Source of the DNA: an uncultured Pelagibacteraceae bacterium | GTDB lineage: Bacteria; Pseudomonadota; Alphaproteobacteria; Pelagibacterales; Pelagibacteraceae | DNA: 64,000 nucleotides | Assembly: GCA_902622795.1 (NCBI GenBank) | Contig: CACNRD010000005.1 | Location: 2,993 to 66,992 of the forward strand | Direction of reading: 5' to 3' | Shown here: in pieces, positions 63,554-64,000 of the stretch | How the letters are laid out: every line of letters begins with the position of its first letter | Numbering within the stretch: the first letter of the stretch is position 1 | Notes under the pieces: generated by a model | What the model saw: the letters and a program-made list of their open reading frames with translations, nothing else | Told to the model about the DNA's origin: nothing | Databases searched by the model: none | Position numbers and translations under genes: made by a program

Positions 63554-64000
63554 TGAGAAGAGTAGTAATTACAGGTTTGGGCGTTGTTTCATGCTTGGGT
63601 AACAATCAAGAAGAAGTACATCAGTCATTATTGAAAACAAAGTCTGGAATATCTTTTAGTGAAGAATATAAAGAACACAATTTAAAAAGTCATGTACATG
63701 GTAAGCCAAACATAAAGCTTGAAGATCATATTGATAGAAAAACAATAAGATTCATGGGATCAGGTTCTGCTTATAACTATATTGCAATGAAGGAAGCTAT
63801 TGAAGACTCTGGATTAGAAGATAGTGAAGTAAGCAATTTTAAAACAGGAATTGTAATGGGTTCGGGTGGACCCTCAATTGAAAATGTAATTCTAGCAGCT
63901 GACAAGACTAGAGCTAAAACCCCAAAATTAATGGGACCATTCATTGTCCCAAGAACTATGGCTAGTACAGCATCAGCTACACTTGCTGTTCCATTTAAAA
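63553..64000 (+). CDS. fabB: beta-ketoacyl-ACP synthase I (5' part, truncated by window end)
   Basis: [38 protein letters not shown]; follows fabA with TAATG overlap. Confidence 0.93.
   Translation, partial: MRRVVITGLGVVSCLGNNQEEVHQSLLKTKSGISFSEEYKEHNLKSHVHGKPNIKLEDHIDRKTIRFMGSGSAYNYIAMKEAIEDSGLEDSEVSNFKTGIVMGSGGPSIENVILAADKTRAKTPKLMGPFIVPRTMASTASATLAVPFK

Overview
Very AT-rich, extremely gene-dense core-chromosome segment. Gene content, gene order and the near absence of intergenic DNA point to a streamlined marine alphaproteobacterium of the SAR11/Pelagibacterales type (inference). It carries about 62 housekeeping CDSs: def-fmt-truA, aroKB, bolA/J-domain/cobST, gyrB-regB, thrS-infC-rpmI-rplT-pheST-lepA, gltDB, aceEF, helicase-terB-fdxA-carD, argH-lysA, dnaA-dnaN, ubiEB-coaBC-dut, irr-rubrerythrin-Fe/S oxidoreductase-DUF3501 and fabAB. 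It also carries three tRNAs (Ser-GGA, Arg-ACG, Leu-CAA). I see no prophage, IS element, CRISPR array or rRNA. The most interesting unannotated signal is at 40.7-41.9 kb. A 30-aa protamine/histone-H1-like miniprotein gene (22 of 30 residues K/R, strong SD, own candidate promoter, GANTC-containing palindrome in its leader) is missed by the ORF track. It converges, across a shared terminator, on a CarD that itself carries an H1-like Lys-rich repeat N-terminus and an acidic tail, so the pair is a candidate nucleoid/transcription module. Other points: an unannotated LptM/YifL-like lipoprotein with two extra Cys; thrS split by one extra base in a homopolymer; RegB with a non-acidic H+1 residue; tRNA-Arg with A53-U61; CobST without cobN; a Zn-site-less MoeB/ThiF; ICE boxes at irr/rbr; a perfect operator-like palindrome before gltD; and 16-bp-period GANTC repeats before dnaA. 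All calls come from reading the sequence and recognising motifs; no database searches were run.
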